The translations under genes were made by a program, and so were the position numbers. The notes under the pieces are model-generated. The model worked only from the letters and a program-made list of their open reading frames with translations, was not told the DNA's origin and did not search any database. A stretch of DNA of 62,702 bases, the filler included. It is 5 parts of 5 records of this genome, joined end to end, with 100 filler letters (N's around TTAATTAATTAA, not from the genome) between each part and the next. Parts side by side here need not be neighbours in the genome. Positions count along the whole stretch, not along the records: positions 23,588 to 54,695 come from SRR31156797_10165; 4 more parts are not named here. One strand, 5' to 3'. Below are positions 29,375-39,134 of the stretch, one piece after another. Each line of letters opens with the position of its first letter. Position 1 is the stretch's first letter.

Positions 29375-30425
29375 TTGCCTTCTCCTTTGCTTCATATGCA
29401 ATAGCGTTCAGGACGATTTCGCGGATATCTACGCCCACGGGGCAGCTTTTGATACAGCGACCGCAACCGCAGCAGGAGATAACTCCATCGTGCAGATCCG
29501 GGTAGTAGCTGAACTTGTGGCCGACCCTGTTTTTCAGGCGATGGGCCTTGGTGGGGCGGGGGTTGTGACCGCTGGCCTCAAGGGTGAACTGGTTGGACAT
29601 GCAGTTGTCCCAGCTTCTGATGCGTTCACCTTTGACTCCGTCGGACTCGTCAGTGATGTTGAAGCAGTAGCAGGTGGGACAGAGATAGGTGCATGCACCG
29701 CAGCTCAGGCACTTGGCGGACTGTGCTTCCCAGAAGTCCATGTCGTCAAAAGCTTCGAGAAGCTTTGCGGGAGCTTTAGAAAGGTCCTGTGCTTCGCCCA
29801 TGGACTGGTCAGCGTCTGCGCGGAACTTATCGGCGTCAGCCTGTTTGGAACCGCCGTCTTCCAGCAGGGAGCTGGAAAGCAGTGCTTCACCGCGGTCGCT
29901 GACTGCTTCGAGGAAGTAGCCGCCATCCACGGGAACCAACAACACGTCAGAACCAGTAGGATCGGACGGGCCGGAACCAACCCAGTTACAGAAACAGGTG
30001 GTTTCACCTTTTTCACACGCGAGAGTGATGAAGAAGGTGTTTTCCCTGCGGGCTTTGTAGTATACGTCCACGTGTTTGCCGTTGAGGTAAACACGGTCGA
30101 ACATGGTGAATCCGCGTGCGTCACAGGGACGGCTGCCGAAAACAACCCAAGATGAATCAGGAATGGTTTCCTTTACATCAAGAGCCACTTTCTCGGGATT
30201 CTCAAGATCCTTGATGTGGCTGAATTCAACCAAGGTTTCACTCTGGGGGAAGCAGGCCTTTTTGGGAGGGGCGGTTGCTTCACGTTCGATGTTGAAACCT
30301 TTCTTGGAGTCGTAGGGTTTGAATACGATAGAATCGCCCTCGTTACGGGGAGCGAGAACTTCGTGTTTCTGGCCCAGTTCTTCCAGCCATGCCGATACCT
30401 TGTCGGATTTGATGAATTTTGCCAT
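29367..30425 (-). CDS. flxB: FlxB 4Fe-4S dicluster protein
   Basis: CLSCGACTYLCPTCYC and CCGCGRCIKSCP; position in the hdr-flx cluster. Confidence 0.85.
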   Translation of the reverse strand: MAKFIKSDKVSAWLEELGQKHEVLAPRNEGDSIVFKPYDSKKGFNIEREATAPPKKACFPQSETLVEFSHIKDLENPEKVALDVKETIPDSSWVVFGSRPCDARGFTMFDRVYLNGKHVDVYYKARRENTFFITLACEKGETTCFCNWVGSGPSDPTGSDVLLVPVDGGYFLEAVSDRGEALLSSSLLEDGGSKQADADKFRADADQSMGEAQDLSKAPAKLLEAFDDMDFWEAQSAKCLSCGACTYLCPTCYCFNITDESDGVKGERIRSWDNCMSNQFTLEASGHNPRPTKAHRLKNRVGHKFSYYPDLHDGVISCCGCGRCIKSCPVGVDIREIVLNAIAYEAKEKAND

Positions 30426-30427
30426 GG

Positions 30428-31387
30428 CTACCACTCCTTCTCCTTGATAGTCGGTTCTTCAATTTTGAAGGTCTGAAGCGGAGGAGTTGCCTCAGGATCA
30501 AGACCGGCTTCATAGTTGAAGACTTCCTTGATTTCCTTGTTGAACTTCTTCTTGAAGAGCAGGATGGGAATATCTACCGGGCAGGCGCGCTGGCATTCAC
30601 CGCACTCGGTGCAGCGACCGGTGAGGTGGTATGCATGGATAACCTGGAACATCCACTTGTCGCGGACGTGGGCTTCCTGACTGAGCCAGTGCGGATCGCG
30701 ACTCTGAGCGACGCAGTGGTCGCGGCATACACACATGGGGCATGCGTTGCGGCAGGCGTAGCAGCGAATGCAGCGGTCCATCTCACCAAGCCAGAATGCG
30801 AATTTTTCTTCGGTGGACTTGGCTTCGAATTCTTCGAGGTCTTTGTAGCCGTCTTCAAAGGAAGCGGTGGCTTTGACTTCGTCGCCGACAAACTGGTCGG
30901 AGATAATTGCGTTAGGGTAGCGGCAGGTCTGGCATTTGTCAGCAATGACGTCAGCCATGGGCAGCTTGTGCTCTTTGCCTGCTACGGTGAGCTTCACTTC
31001 AGTGTCGCTTACTTCGCAAGACTCAACCATGCCTGCATCACCAACTGCGCGGCGGATCTTAACCTGATCCACAACACCGGTGCAGCCGAAACCGAAGATG
31101 GTTACATCTTCACGCTTGATGAGGTTCTCCTGCAGCAGTTCAACAACGGAACGGCTGTCGCAGCCTTTGACCACGATACCGACCTTTTTGCCCTTCAGGG
31201 AGGGCAGGTAGGTAGCAAGGTTGTGAACGCTGAGTGCGTCCACTTTCAATTTATCTACATCTGCTTCACTGCGCATGAAGTGCGGAGTGGCATGCAGAGG
31301 ATCGAAGCTGTCTGTCCAGCCGATGACCACATCAAGCTCAGACAGTCCGTCCTTAATTTGTTTTTTAAGATCTTCCAGATTTTTCAC
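30428..31387 (-). CDS. flxC: FlxC 4Fe-4S protein
   Basis: CIRCYACRNACPMCVC and CTECGECQRACP. Confidence 0.85.
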   Translation of the reverse strand: MKNLEDLKKQIKDGLSELDVVIGWTDSFDPLHATPHFMRSEADVDKLKVDALSVHNLATYLPSLKGKKVGIVVKGCDSRSVVELLQENLIKREDVTIFGFGCTGVVDQVKIRRAVGDAGMVESCEVSDTEVKLTVAGKEHKLPMADVIADKCQTCRYPNAIISDQFVGDEVKATASFEDGYKDLEEFEAKSTEEKFAFWLGEMDRCIRCYACRNACPMCVCRDHCVAQSRDPHWLSQEAHVRDKWMFQVIHAYHLTGRCTECGECQRACPVDIPILLFKKKFNKEIKEVFNYEAGLDPEATPPLQTFKIEEPTIKEKEW

Positions 31388-31417
31388 TCTGTTTCTCCTT
31401 GCGTGGAACAGCCCTGA

Positions 31418-31882
31418 CTAGAGGGAAGCTTCCATCAATTTGAGTGTCTCCTCAGCTTCGGGACCCTCGATCTTTTGGGCCGGGCCGAGTTTGTGAATCT
31501 GTTCGGTGAACTTGGTCACAACTTCCTGCCAACGCTGGCCTTCTGATGCGGAAACCCAGGTGTAGTCGAAACGCTCAGGTTCGATTCCCAGCATGGTGAT
31601 GAATCTTTTGAGCATTTCCAGCCTGCGGCGGGCATAGAAGTTACCTTCAGCGTAGTGGCAGTCATTAGGGTGACAACCGGACACGAGCACTCCGTCCGCG
31701 CCGGACATGAGTGTCTTCACAATAAACAGAGGATCAATCCTGCCTGAGCAGGGAACCTTGATGATTCTCAGGTCGGTCGGCTGGGTGAATCTACCTACAC
31801 CGGCGGTGTCAGCACCACCGTAGGAGCACCAGTTGCAGAGAAAACCGACGATTCTGAGTTCTTTACCTTCTAGAACCGGCAT
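31418..31882 (-). CDS. flxD: FlxD/MvhD-like 2Fe-2S subunit
   Basis: FLCNWCSYGGAD, VPCSGR, GCHPNDCHY. Confidence 0.9.
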   Translation of the reverse strand: MPVLEGKELRIVGFLCNWCSYGGADTAGVGRFTQPTDLRIIKVPCSGRIDPLFIVKTLMSGADGVLVSGCHPNDCHYAEGNFYARRRLEMLKRFITMLGIEPERFDYTWVSASEGQRWQEVVTKFTEQIHKLGPAQKIEGPEAEETLKLMEASL

Positions 31883-33828
31883 ACTGCGTTAACCTCCGCA
31901 AGAATCTGATTGTCAGTGAAGTGCTGGAGCTGGATCGCGCCCTGAGGACAGGTTGCTGTGCAGATACCGCAGCCCTGACAAATTGTTTCAATCACCTCAG
32001 CTTTAGGCTGCCCGCGGAAGTCTACTTCTTTAATAGCTCCGAAGGGGCAGGTGCTGATGCATTTGCCGCAACCGATGCAGCGTTTGATATCAACTACAGA
32101 AACCGCGGGGTCACTTTCCAGCTGGTTCTTGGAGAACATGGCCAGAACCTTTGCCGCTGCAGCACTACCCTGTGCAACAGAGGAAGGAATATCTTTGGGA
32201 CCCTGACATGAACCGGCGAGGAAAACCCCGGCGGTGTTGGTCTCAACAGGTTTCAGTTTGGGGTGGCCTTCCATGAAGAAACCGTATGCATCGTAGGAGA
32301 TGCGCAGTTTCTTGGCCAGATCGGAAGCACCGTGTGCTGATTCAGCACCGACTGCGAGGACAACGAGGTCCGCGTCCACTTCGACCTGATCACCCATGAG
32401 GGTATCAGCACCGCGGACAACGAGTTTGTCACCTTTGGGGTAGATCATGGACACGCGGCCACGAATGTACCTTGCTTCGTATTCTTCCTGTGCCCTGCGA
32501 GTGAACTCGTCGAACATTTTACCCGGGGAACGGATGTCCATGTAGAATACGTAGGACTGTGAATCCGGGCAGTGGTCCTTGGTCAGGATAGCCTGCTTTG
32601 CGGTGTACATGCAGCAGAAGCCGGAGCAGTAGGGACGTCCGATGGATTTATCACGGGAGCCTACGCACTGGATGAAAACCACGTTTTTGGGTTCCTTGCC
32701 ATCGGAAGGACGCTTAATGTGTCCCTCGGTGGGGCCGGAAGCGGAGAGCATGCGTTCATACTGCAGGGAGGTGATTACGTCGGGGTACTGACCACCGCCG
32801 TATTCGCCGTATACAGTCCAGTCCACGAGGTCGAAACCGGTAGCCGCAACAACTGCGCCTACTTCTTCAACTACAAATTCATCAACCTGATCGTAAACGA
32901 TGGCTTCAGAGGGGCAGACCTTGGCGCAGACGCCGCATTTATCGCGTTTGATTTTGATGCAGAAGTTGGGATCAATAACCGCTTTCTTGGGGATAGCCTG
33001 TGGAAAGGGGATATTGATGGCGGGTGCCTTGCCCAATTCTTCGTCAAAGGGGTTGTCAGCCTTCTTGCTGGGGCATTTTCCCATGCAGATACCGCAACCG
33101 GTACATTTATCCCAGTCAACATAGGTGGCTTTTCTTTTAACCTTGACGGAGAAGTTACCCACATAACCGTTTACTTCTTCAATCTCAGCGCAAGCGTAGA
33201 GAGTGATGTTGGGATGCTGGGCCACGTCAACCATACGGGGGCCGAGGATACAACTGGAGCAGTCCACTGTGGGGAAAGTCTTATCCAGTTTAGCCATCTT
33301 ACCGCCGATGGAGGATGTCTTTTCAACAAGGATAACTTCGAGGCCGCCGTCAGCGCAGTCAAGAGCTGCCTGAATACCGGCAACACCGCCGCCCACAATC
33401 ATAACCCTTTTGTTCATGTCAAAGAATTTGGCATTGAGGGGTTTGTTGTTGAGCAGTTTAGCCGCTGCCATACGCACCAAGTCAACGGACTTGTTGGTGT
33501 TGGCTTCGCGGTCACGGCCAATCCAGGAAACGTGTTCTCTGATGTTGGCCATCTCGAAGAGGTAGCGGTTAAGGCCCGCTCTTTCGAGGGTTTTGCGGAA
33601 GGTGGGCTCGTGCATTCTGGGTGTGCAGGATGCTACGACCACGCCGTCGAGTTTGTGTTCCTTGATTGCCTCTATAATTTCATCCTGTCCGGGTTCGGAG
33701 CAGGCGTACATTGTATCTGTTGCGAAAACAACACCGGGGAATTCCCGTGCGGCTGCGGCAACGGCAGCGGTATCCACGGTACCTTCGATGTTAGTCCCGC
33801 AATGGCAGACAAAAACTCCAATTTTCAT
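31870..33828 (-). CDS. hdrA: Heterodisulfide reductase subunit A
   Basis: VFVCHCG, GGGVAG, LDKTFPTVDCSSC, QCVGSR..CSGFCC, ferredoxin motifs. Confidence 0.95.
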   Translation of the reverse strand: MKIGVFVCHCGTNIEGTVDTAAVAAAAREFPGVVFATDTMYACSEPGQDEIIEAIKEHKLDGVVVASCTPRMHEPTFRKTLERAGLNRYLFEMANIREHVSWIGRDREANTNKSVDLVRMAAAKLLNNKPLNAKFFDMNKRVMIVGGGVAGIQAALDCADGGLEVILVEKTSSIGGKMAKLDKTFPTVDCSSCILGPRMVDVAQHPNITLYACAEIEEVNGYVGNFSVKVKRKATYVDWDKCTGCGICMGKCPSKKADNPFDEELGKAPAINIPFPQAIPKKAVIDPNFCIKIKRDKCGVCAKVCPSEAIVYDQVDEFVVEEVGAVVAATGFDLVDWTVYGEYGGGQYPDVITSLQYERMLSASGPTEGHIKRPSDGKEPKNVVFIQCVGSRDKSIGRPYCSGFCCMYTAKQAILTKDHCPDSQSYVFYMDIRSPGKMFDEFTRRAQEEYEARYIRGRVSMIYPKGDKLVVRGADTLMGDQVEVDADLVVLAVGAESAHGASDLAKKLRISYDAYGFFMEGHPKLKPVETNTAGVFLAGSCQGPKDIPSSVAQGSAAAAKVLAMFSKNQLESDPAVSVVDIKRCIGCGKCISTCPFGAIKEVDFRGQPKAEVIETICQGCGICTATCPQGAIQLQHFTDNQILAEVNAVCRF

Positions 33829-33856
33829 TTAAGTCTTCTCCTTAGCAGGGTTTCCG

Positions 33857-34747
33857 CTATTTCTTTTCTTCTTTGCCGATGGCATCGATAGCTTTACGGG
33901 GGCTCACGCAGAGCTTGTCCATTCCCAGTTCTTTTTCACTCATGCCAAGGGCGAGGCCCATGAGCTGGGTGTAGTAGAAGATGGGCAGGTTGTGCTTGGC
34001 ACCTGTGGCTGAGTTAACCTGGGACTGGCGCAGGTCAAGGTTCATCTGGCACAGGGGACAGGCGGTGACCAGTGCGTCAACACCAAGATCGTCTGCCACT
34101 TCAAGCAGCTTGCCGGACAGTTTCATGACCACGTCCTTGCGGGGGATACCGAAGGAAGCACCGCAGCATTCTACCTTTAAAGGAAAGGGCAGTACGGTGG
34201 CACCCATGGCTTTCATGATATTGTCCATTGCCATGGGGTGTTCGGGGTCATCGAAGTTCATAACTTCGGGGGGGCGGTTCATGATGCAGCCGTAGTATGC
34301 TGCAACTTTGAGGCCCTTGAGCGGTTTGATGGTGCTTTTTTTCAGCGCATCAAGACCAAGGTCTTCAACGAGAATCTGGAGCACAGATTTGGTGGAGACT
34401 CCGCCGTTGTAGGGATTGTCCAGCAGTTTATTGACCTTATCGCGCATCTCGTCTTTTTCCATACGATGTTCTGCGGTTTTGAGGTTGGTCAGACAACTGG
34501 GGCAAGGGGTAATCGCGGTATCCAGATCCATTTTCTCAACCAGCTGTAAGTTGCGGGCAGAGAGTGCGCTGGAAAGGGTGTGGTCCACAGTGTGGGCCGG
34601 GGTGGAACCGCAACAGCTCCAGTCGGGAATGTCGGTGAGCCGGACTCCCAGCTTTTCACAGACAGCCCGGGTGGACATGTCATATTCCATGGATGTTCCT
34701 GCGCCGGAACATCCGGGATAGTAGGCATATGTTAAGGAATCACTCAT
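33857..34747 (-). CDS. hdrB: Heterodisulfide reductase subunit B
   Basis: Two CCG domains (YYPGC..WSCCG..CPSC; YYGC..ECCG..CPLC). Confidence 0.95.
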   Translation of the reverse strand: MSDSLTYAYYPGCSGAGTSMEYDMSTRAVCEKLGVRLTDIPDWSCCGSTPAHTVDHTLSSALSARNLQLVEKMDLDTAITPCPSCLTNLKTAEHRMEKDEMRDKVNKLLDNPYNGGVSTKSVLQILVEDLGLDALKKSTIKPLKGLKVAAYYGCIMNRPPEVMNFDDPEHPMAMDNIMKAMGATVLPFPLKVECCGASFGIPRKDVVMKLSGKLLEVADDLGVDALVTACPLCQMNLDLRQSQVNSATGAKHNLPIFYYTQLMGLALGMSEKELGMDKLCVSPRKAIDAIGKEEKK

Positions 34748-35304
34748 TTGTGGGACTCCTCTTGGAATCTTTTGAAGATTTTCTTGATTTCATCCTTACC
34801 CTGAATCTCGTGGGGTTTGAAATGCATCTTGCCCTTAGGCAGCACTTTCGGTCCCAGATCAAGGTCAGTCCAGAAACGTCCTGTCTTGGCAACATAAGCC
34901 GCGAGCAGGCCTACTTCGAACACTCTTCCGTTGTTTTCAACGGAATCGAGGAAGCTGTCCCAGAATTTTTTGACCGTAGGTACGGGAGCGTATCCTTCCC
35001 TGCGGGCCATGTGGCGCAGCACATCCATGATGTGAGCTACGTCGATGTTGTTGGGGCACCTGGTGGTGCAGGATTCACAGGTCGCGCAAAGCCAGATGGA
35101 TTTGCACTTGAGCACGGTTTCTTTCTGCCCTGCCTGAACCATACGCATGATTCTGCTTACAGGGATGTCGTACGCGAATGTGTACGGACACCCGGCGGTA
35201 CAGTTACCGCACTGGTAGCAAAGGGAGACATTTTGTCCGCTTTCCTTTTCTACCTGTTTAACAAAATCGGCATCGTAAGTCTTAGTAATATTTACTATTC
35301 CCAT
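34744..35304 (-). CDS. hdrC: Heterodisulfide reductase subunit C
   Basis: CYQCGNCTAGCP and CATCESCTTRCP. Confidence 0.94.
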   Translation of the reverse strand: MGIVNITKTYDADFVKQVEKESGQNVSLCYQCGNCTAGCPYTFAYDIPVSRIMRMVQAGQKETVLKCKSIWLCATCESCTTRCPNNIDVAHIMDVLRHMARREGYAPVPTVKKFWDSFLDSVENNGRVFEVGLLAAYVAKTGRFWTDLDLGPKVLPKGKMHFKPHEIQGKDEIKKIFKRFQEESHK

Positions 35305-35894
35305 AAGTGAGTAGCCGCCTTTCCGCTTTAAAAGTCCGGTGGAGCAGACCTTTAGTTTCCGTAGATTGGCTTAAAGATTATTGACAGAGTATGGATTCTT
35401 AAGAGGGGGTAGTCTGCCAGAAGAACTATGAATTCTGCAAGCGATAATAACGTGTTTCATGGTGGTTTCTTCTTTTAATAATTACTTGGGTAATAATTTG
35501 AAGGCGTAGGTTTTGAAAAAATAGCCGCTTGTTCTTAAGGGATTTGTAGAAATGACGATAAAGAATCAGTTTTAATGCTGTGTGAATGACATGTAGTAAA
35601 AAAGAGACTTTATAAGGAAAGGATTGGAGGAGTTAATATATTATCCCGTTGAGCCAACGGCTGAGCGTGCTTATAATGAGAGTGGTTGTCTAATATATTG
35701 TTTAGTTTTTGTTACAACATATGACTTAAATGTTAAAATTTACTTCACTTCTATATAAAAACAAGATAGTTAAACTTATGTACATATATATAGTATGTTT
35801 AACAGAATTTTTGTAAGTCGGCCTTATTTTTTGCGGAAGTGGTGTCTGAGGCTGGGTTTTGAAGGATGCGGACTATCAAAACAACGGGGTTATT

Positions 35895-36374
35895 ATGGTA
35901 GAGAGAGGTTTTGCCGTACGAATTGGGGTGATTCTGGCGGTAATTACAGTTTTCAGTTGTTCGTTGGCCGGATATGGGATTACGGATTCAGCGACTTATG
36001 TGGGGTCTGGGGCATGCGAAGAATGCCATGAGGTGGAATATAACAATTATAAGAAATTTTCTAAAAAAGCACATTCCAGCAGAAGTGTGAAGATCATGGC
36101 TTCTGATCTTGATGCTGACGAGCTTAGGGAATGCTTTACCTGTCATGCTACCGGATATGGCAAGCCCGGTGGATTCGTTTCTTTTGAACAAACTCCTCAT
36201 CTTGCTGACGCAGGGTGTGAGGTTTGCCATGGACCGGGTTCTCTTCATGCTGAAGATGGTGATCCGGATTTGATTAAGAGGAAGATGACTATTGAGGAGT
36301 GCGAAGTCTGCCACAATGCAGAAAGAGTTAACAACTTTAACTACAAACCGCTGATTTTCGGCGGAGCACACTAG
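35895..36374 (+). CDS. Periplasmic tetraheme c-type cytochrome (c554-like)
   Basis: Signal peptide; four CxxCH motifs (CEECH, CFTCH, CEVCH, CEVCH); YVGS and CHGPGSLH. Confidence 0.88.
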   Translation: MVERGFAVRIGVILAVITVFSCSLAGYGITDSATYVGSGACEECHEVEYNNYKKFSKKAHSSRSVKIMASDLDADELRECFTCHATGYGKPGGFVSFEQTPHLADAGCEVCHGPGSLHAEDGDPDLIKRKMTIEECEVCHNAERVNNFNYKPLIFGGAH

Positions 36375-36384
36375 GGAGGTTGTT

Positions 36385-38388
36385 ATGAAATTTATTAAGA
36401 CTTCCCTCGGCAATAAAGTCATGGTTCTAACCTCACTGCTTACAGCTACGGCTTTTGTAGTTCTGTTTCTTGCAAACTCTTTCTGGCAGCGCACTACCAT
36501 GATGGAAGAGATTGAAAAGAACGCATACAAAACTGCGGACATGCTGCAATTGGCTATCCGCGAACCCATGGCTAAAGGTGATAACCGGGGTACAACTGAA
36601 AAGTTTGCCACCGTTTCTCAAAAGTATTCCGATGTGGCAATTTACCTGACCAACTTCAAGGGTAATATCACATACTCCACCAGCACAGGGGACATTCGTT
36701 CCGATATCAAGGATAAGATCCGAGATAAGGACATTAACGCGCTTGTTGCACGCAGTCTTAAGGAACCCCTTAAAAGTGGCCTTCTTTCTGAGGTAGGCGG
36801 AAAGGAAGTTTTTGTTGAGGTGGAAACCATCAAGAACGAGAGGGCTTGCTACCACTGTCACGGCAGGAGGCAGCAGGTGCTTGGTACTTTGGTCATGGTA
36901 CAGGATGTTTCGCCTCAGTTTGCGACATTTCATGAGTCTCAGTTTAAAGGTGCTGCGCTTTCATTTGGCGGTTTTATCTCCCTGCTGACCGCGCTTCTGT
37001 TCTTCATGAGACGATCAATTGTAAAGCGTATCCAGATTATTTCCGGAGCAACAAGTGACTTTGCCAAGGGTGATCTTGATGCTCAGTTTGCCGTGGATAG
37101 CAGTGATGAACTTGGTTCCCTCGGGGATAATCTCGGTGAAATGGCCCGTCAGATCAAGGACCAGCTTGTGTACAACCGAGGTGTGCTTAACGGAATCACT
37201 GTGCCCATGATTGTTACTGACGGGGACAATAAAATTGATTTTGTTAACGCTCCCATGCGTGAAATTATCAATAAATCTGAAAATGCAATTATTGGTACTG
37301 ATATCGGCAGTTTCTACAAGGTGGATGGCGTGTCTCTGACAGCGAAGGCAATTTCTTCCGGAGAATGCCCTGAAGGACTGCTCAGGTTTCAGCGCGAAGA
37401 CGGAATTGAATTCCCGTTACGCTATCAGGTTTGTCCGCTTTTGAATGCCGAGGAAGAAACCGTTGGTGCAATTGCGGTTATGGTTGACCTTACTGAAGAA
37501 GAAGCCAGCCGCAAGCATATTGAGCAGCAGCAGGAGTCTCTGCTTGAAGTGGCCAATGAGGTTACTGAAGTTTCCAGAGCTTTGCTTTCCTACACAACTG
37601 AGCTTTCACAGCAGATGAATGAACTTACTGCGGGGGTTGATACCACTGCCATGCAGACAGGACAGGTTGCAACTGCAATGGAAGAAATGAATGCAACCGT
37701 GCTTGAGGTTGCCCAGAATACCGGGGAAACCGCTGAAGCATCTGACAGGGCGAATTCTGTCGCTCGTGACGGCGGACAGGTTGTCAGCAACACTGTTTCC
37801 GAGATTCACATTGTGACTGAAACCACAGATAAACTTTCCGATATGCTGGCCGACCTTTCGGAGCGGGCCATCAATATCGGTGAAGTTATGTCTGTAATTA
37901 ACGATATTGCTGACCAGACCAACTTGTTGGCCTTGAACGCAGCTATTGAGGCTGCCCGTGCCGGTGAAGCCGGACGTGGATTCGCTGTTGTTGCTGACGA
38001 AGTTCGTAAGCTCGCAGAGAAGACCATGGGCGCAACCAATGAGGTTGAGAACGCAATAACACTTATCCAGCAGTCCACCGATAAGGTTGTCTCCGAGATG
38101 AGCGGGGTTCGCGGCAGGGTTGAGAATACCGTGCAAATGGCAGAAGGAGCAGGCGGCGTACTTGGACAGATTGTTAATGAATCTGAAACCATAGCCGATA
38201 TGGTCCGGGCCATTGCTACTGCAGCCGAACAGCAGACGGCTACCAGTGACGAGATCAACAACAGCGTCACCGAGATCAACAGTCTCTCGCAGGCTCTGTC
38301 TGACGGTATCCAGAATGCCAACACTAATATTCAGGAAGTCGCTGACATGGCCCAGAAGCTGAGCCAACTGGTCGAACGTTTCAAGTAA
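36385..38388 (+). CDS. Methyl-accepting chemotaxis protein with periplasmic heme-c site (DcrA-like), HAMP and PAS domains
   Basis: Two TM helices, CYHCH in the periplasmic domain, DELG HAMP, PAS, IADQTNLLALNAAIEAARAG. Confidence 0.92.
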   Translation: MKFIKTSLGNKVMVLTSLLTATAFVVLFLANSFWQRTTMMEEIEKNAYKTADMLQLAIREPMAKGDNRGTTEKFATVSQKYSDVAIYLTNFKGNITYSTSTGDIRSDIKDKIRDKDINALVARSLKEPLKSGLLSEVGGKEVFVEVETIKNERACYHCHGRRQQVLGTLVMVQDVSPQFATFHESQFKGAALSFGGFISLLTALLFFMRRSIVKRIQIISGATSDFAKGDLDAQFAVDSSDELGSLGDNLGEMARQIKDQLVYNRGVLNGITVPMIVTDGDNKIDFVNAPMREIINKSENAIIGTDIGSFYKVDGVSLTAKAISSGECPEGLLRFQREDGIEFPLRYQVCPLLNAEEETVGAIAVMVDLTEEEASRKHIEQQQESLLEVANEVTEVSRALLSYTTELSQQMNELTAGVDTTAMQTGQVATAMEEMNATVLEVAQNTGETAEASDRANSVARDGGQVVSNTVSEIHIVTETTDKLSDMLADLSERAINIGEVMSVINDIADQTNLLALNAAIEAARAGEAGRGFAVVADEVRKLAEKTMGATNEVENAITLIQQSTDKVVSEMSGVRGRVENTVQMAEGAGGVLGQIVNESETIADMVRAIATAAEQQTATSDEINNSVTEINSLSQALSDGIQNANTNIQEVADMAQKLSQLVERFK

Positions 38389-38408
38389 GTCTGATTAAAC
38401 AAAAGACT

Positions 38409-38453
38409 AAAACGGTCCCTTTCGCTTGTTGCGGGTGGGACCGTTTTTTTTTT
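38409..38453 (+). terminator. Terminator after the MCP gene
   Basis: AAAACGGTCCC...GGGACCGTTTT followed by a long T-run. Confidence 0.85.
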
Positions 38454-38550
38454 GATAAGCTTTGCATATAGCTTGTTTAGTTGTTTGTAACTAGAAGGGC
38501 CGTAATATATTAAGAAATATTACGGCCTTATTCTTTTCTGATAACTTGTT

Positions 38551-38640
38551 TCGCGAAGCGGGAAGCCCAACAAAAGGTTTCGGGATTCTTAAATCTTTTT
38601 GCAAAAGGGTTTAAGGCTCCGGCTGGGTCTTCTAAGGCAT
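38551..38640. repeat. REP-like repeat copy
   Basis: GAAGCCCAACAAAAGGTTT..CTTTTTGCAAAAG..AGGCAT, similar to 54631-54695. Confidence 0.55.
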
Positions 38641-38646
38641 ATCTTC

Positions 38647-39066
38647 TTAACGCCAGCCTTTGCCGGAGTTACTGAAAATTTCTGTGATGCGGATATGTTT
38701 TACGGGTGTGAATTTGTTTGCCCGTGCTTCCTGCGGGGTCTTGCCGGTGCTTTCGTAGATCGTTTCAATATATTTGAGCAGCCCGACCATGCCTTTACTC
38801 TTCTTGCTGGTCTTTTTTACTTTGCAGGAGATGGTGTCGGGAGAAATTGCGTGATAGCGGGCGAGGTATGTTCCGTCTTTTTGGAGCAGAATTTCCATTC
38901 TGCTGAAGCCTTTGATGTGGCTTTTGTTCAGCTTGACTACCCAGCCGATGGCAAAATTACTGAAGGCGTCGAGTTCTTCCTTGGTTCCGGGTTGGGAACC
39001 GTATGCTGCAGAGCAAAGCAGCAGGCAGACAAAAACAGATGTTAAAATCTTGCGGGCAAGTTTCAT
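38647..39066 (-). CDS. Exported hypothetical protein
   Basis: GGAG SD, signal peptide (..SAAYG), 139 aa. Confidence 0.75.
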   Translation of the reverse strand: MKLARKILTSVFVCLLLCSAAYGSQPGTKEELDAFSNFAIGWVVKLNKSHIKGFSRMEILLQKDGTYLARYHAISPDTISCKVKKTSKKSKGMVGLLKYIETIYESTGKTPQEARANKFTPVKHIRITEIFSNSGKGWR

Positions 39067-39085
39067 CAGGTACTCCAAATTGCGA

Positions 39086-39117
39086 AAAGGGTGGAAGGAT
39101 AAATCCTTCCACCCTTT
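39086..39117 (-). terminator. Terminator after the ompA-like gene
   Basis: AAAGGGTGGAAGGAT-aa-ATCCTTCCACCCTTT. Confidence 0.8.
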
Positions 39118-39134
39118 AATTGCTTTTGAGACTT

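Noticed and set aside
29364-31417. Plus-strand ORFs of 263 and 332 aa (and similar ones opposite folD, lptD, the MCP and mrp)
   Set aside because: Antisense shadows of well-supported genes.
31418-33828. Selenocysteine recoding in HdrA/FlxD
   Set aside because: Both ORFs are uninterrupted, with Cys at the relevant motifs.
32572-33891. 439-aa plus-strand ORF
   Set aside because: Antisense shadow of hdrA caused by codon bias; no recognisable motifs.
38462-38527. Sigma54-like site and extra palindrome downstream of the MCP gene
   Set aside because: The site lacks the invariant GG at -24. The palindrome GGCCGTAATAT..ATATTACGGCC is adequately explained as the terminator of the convergent gene.
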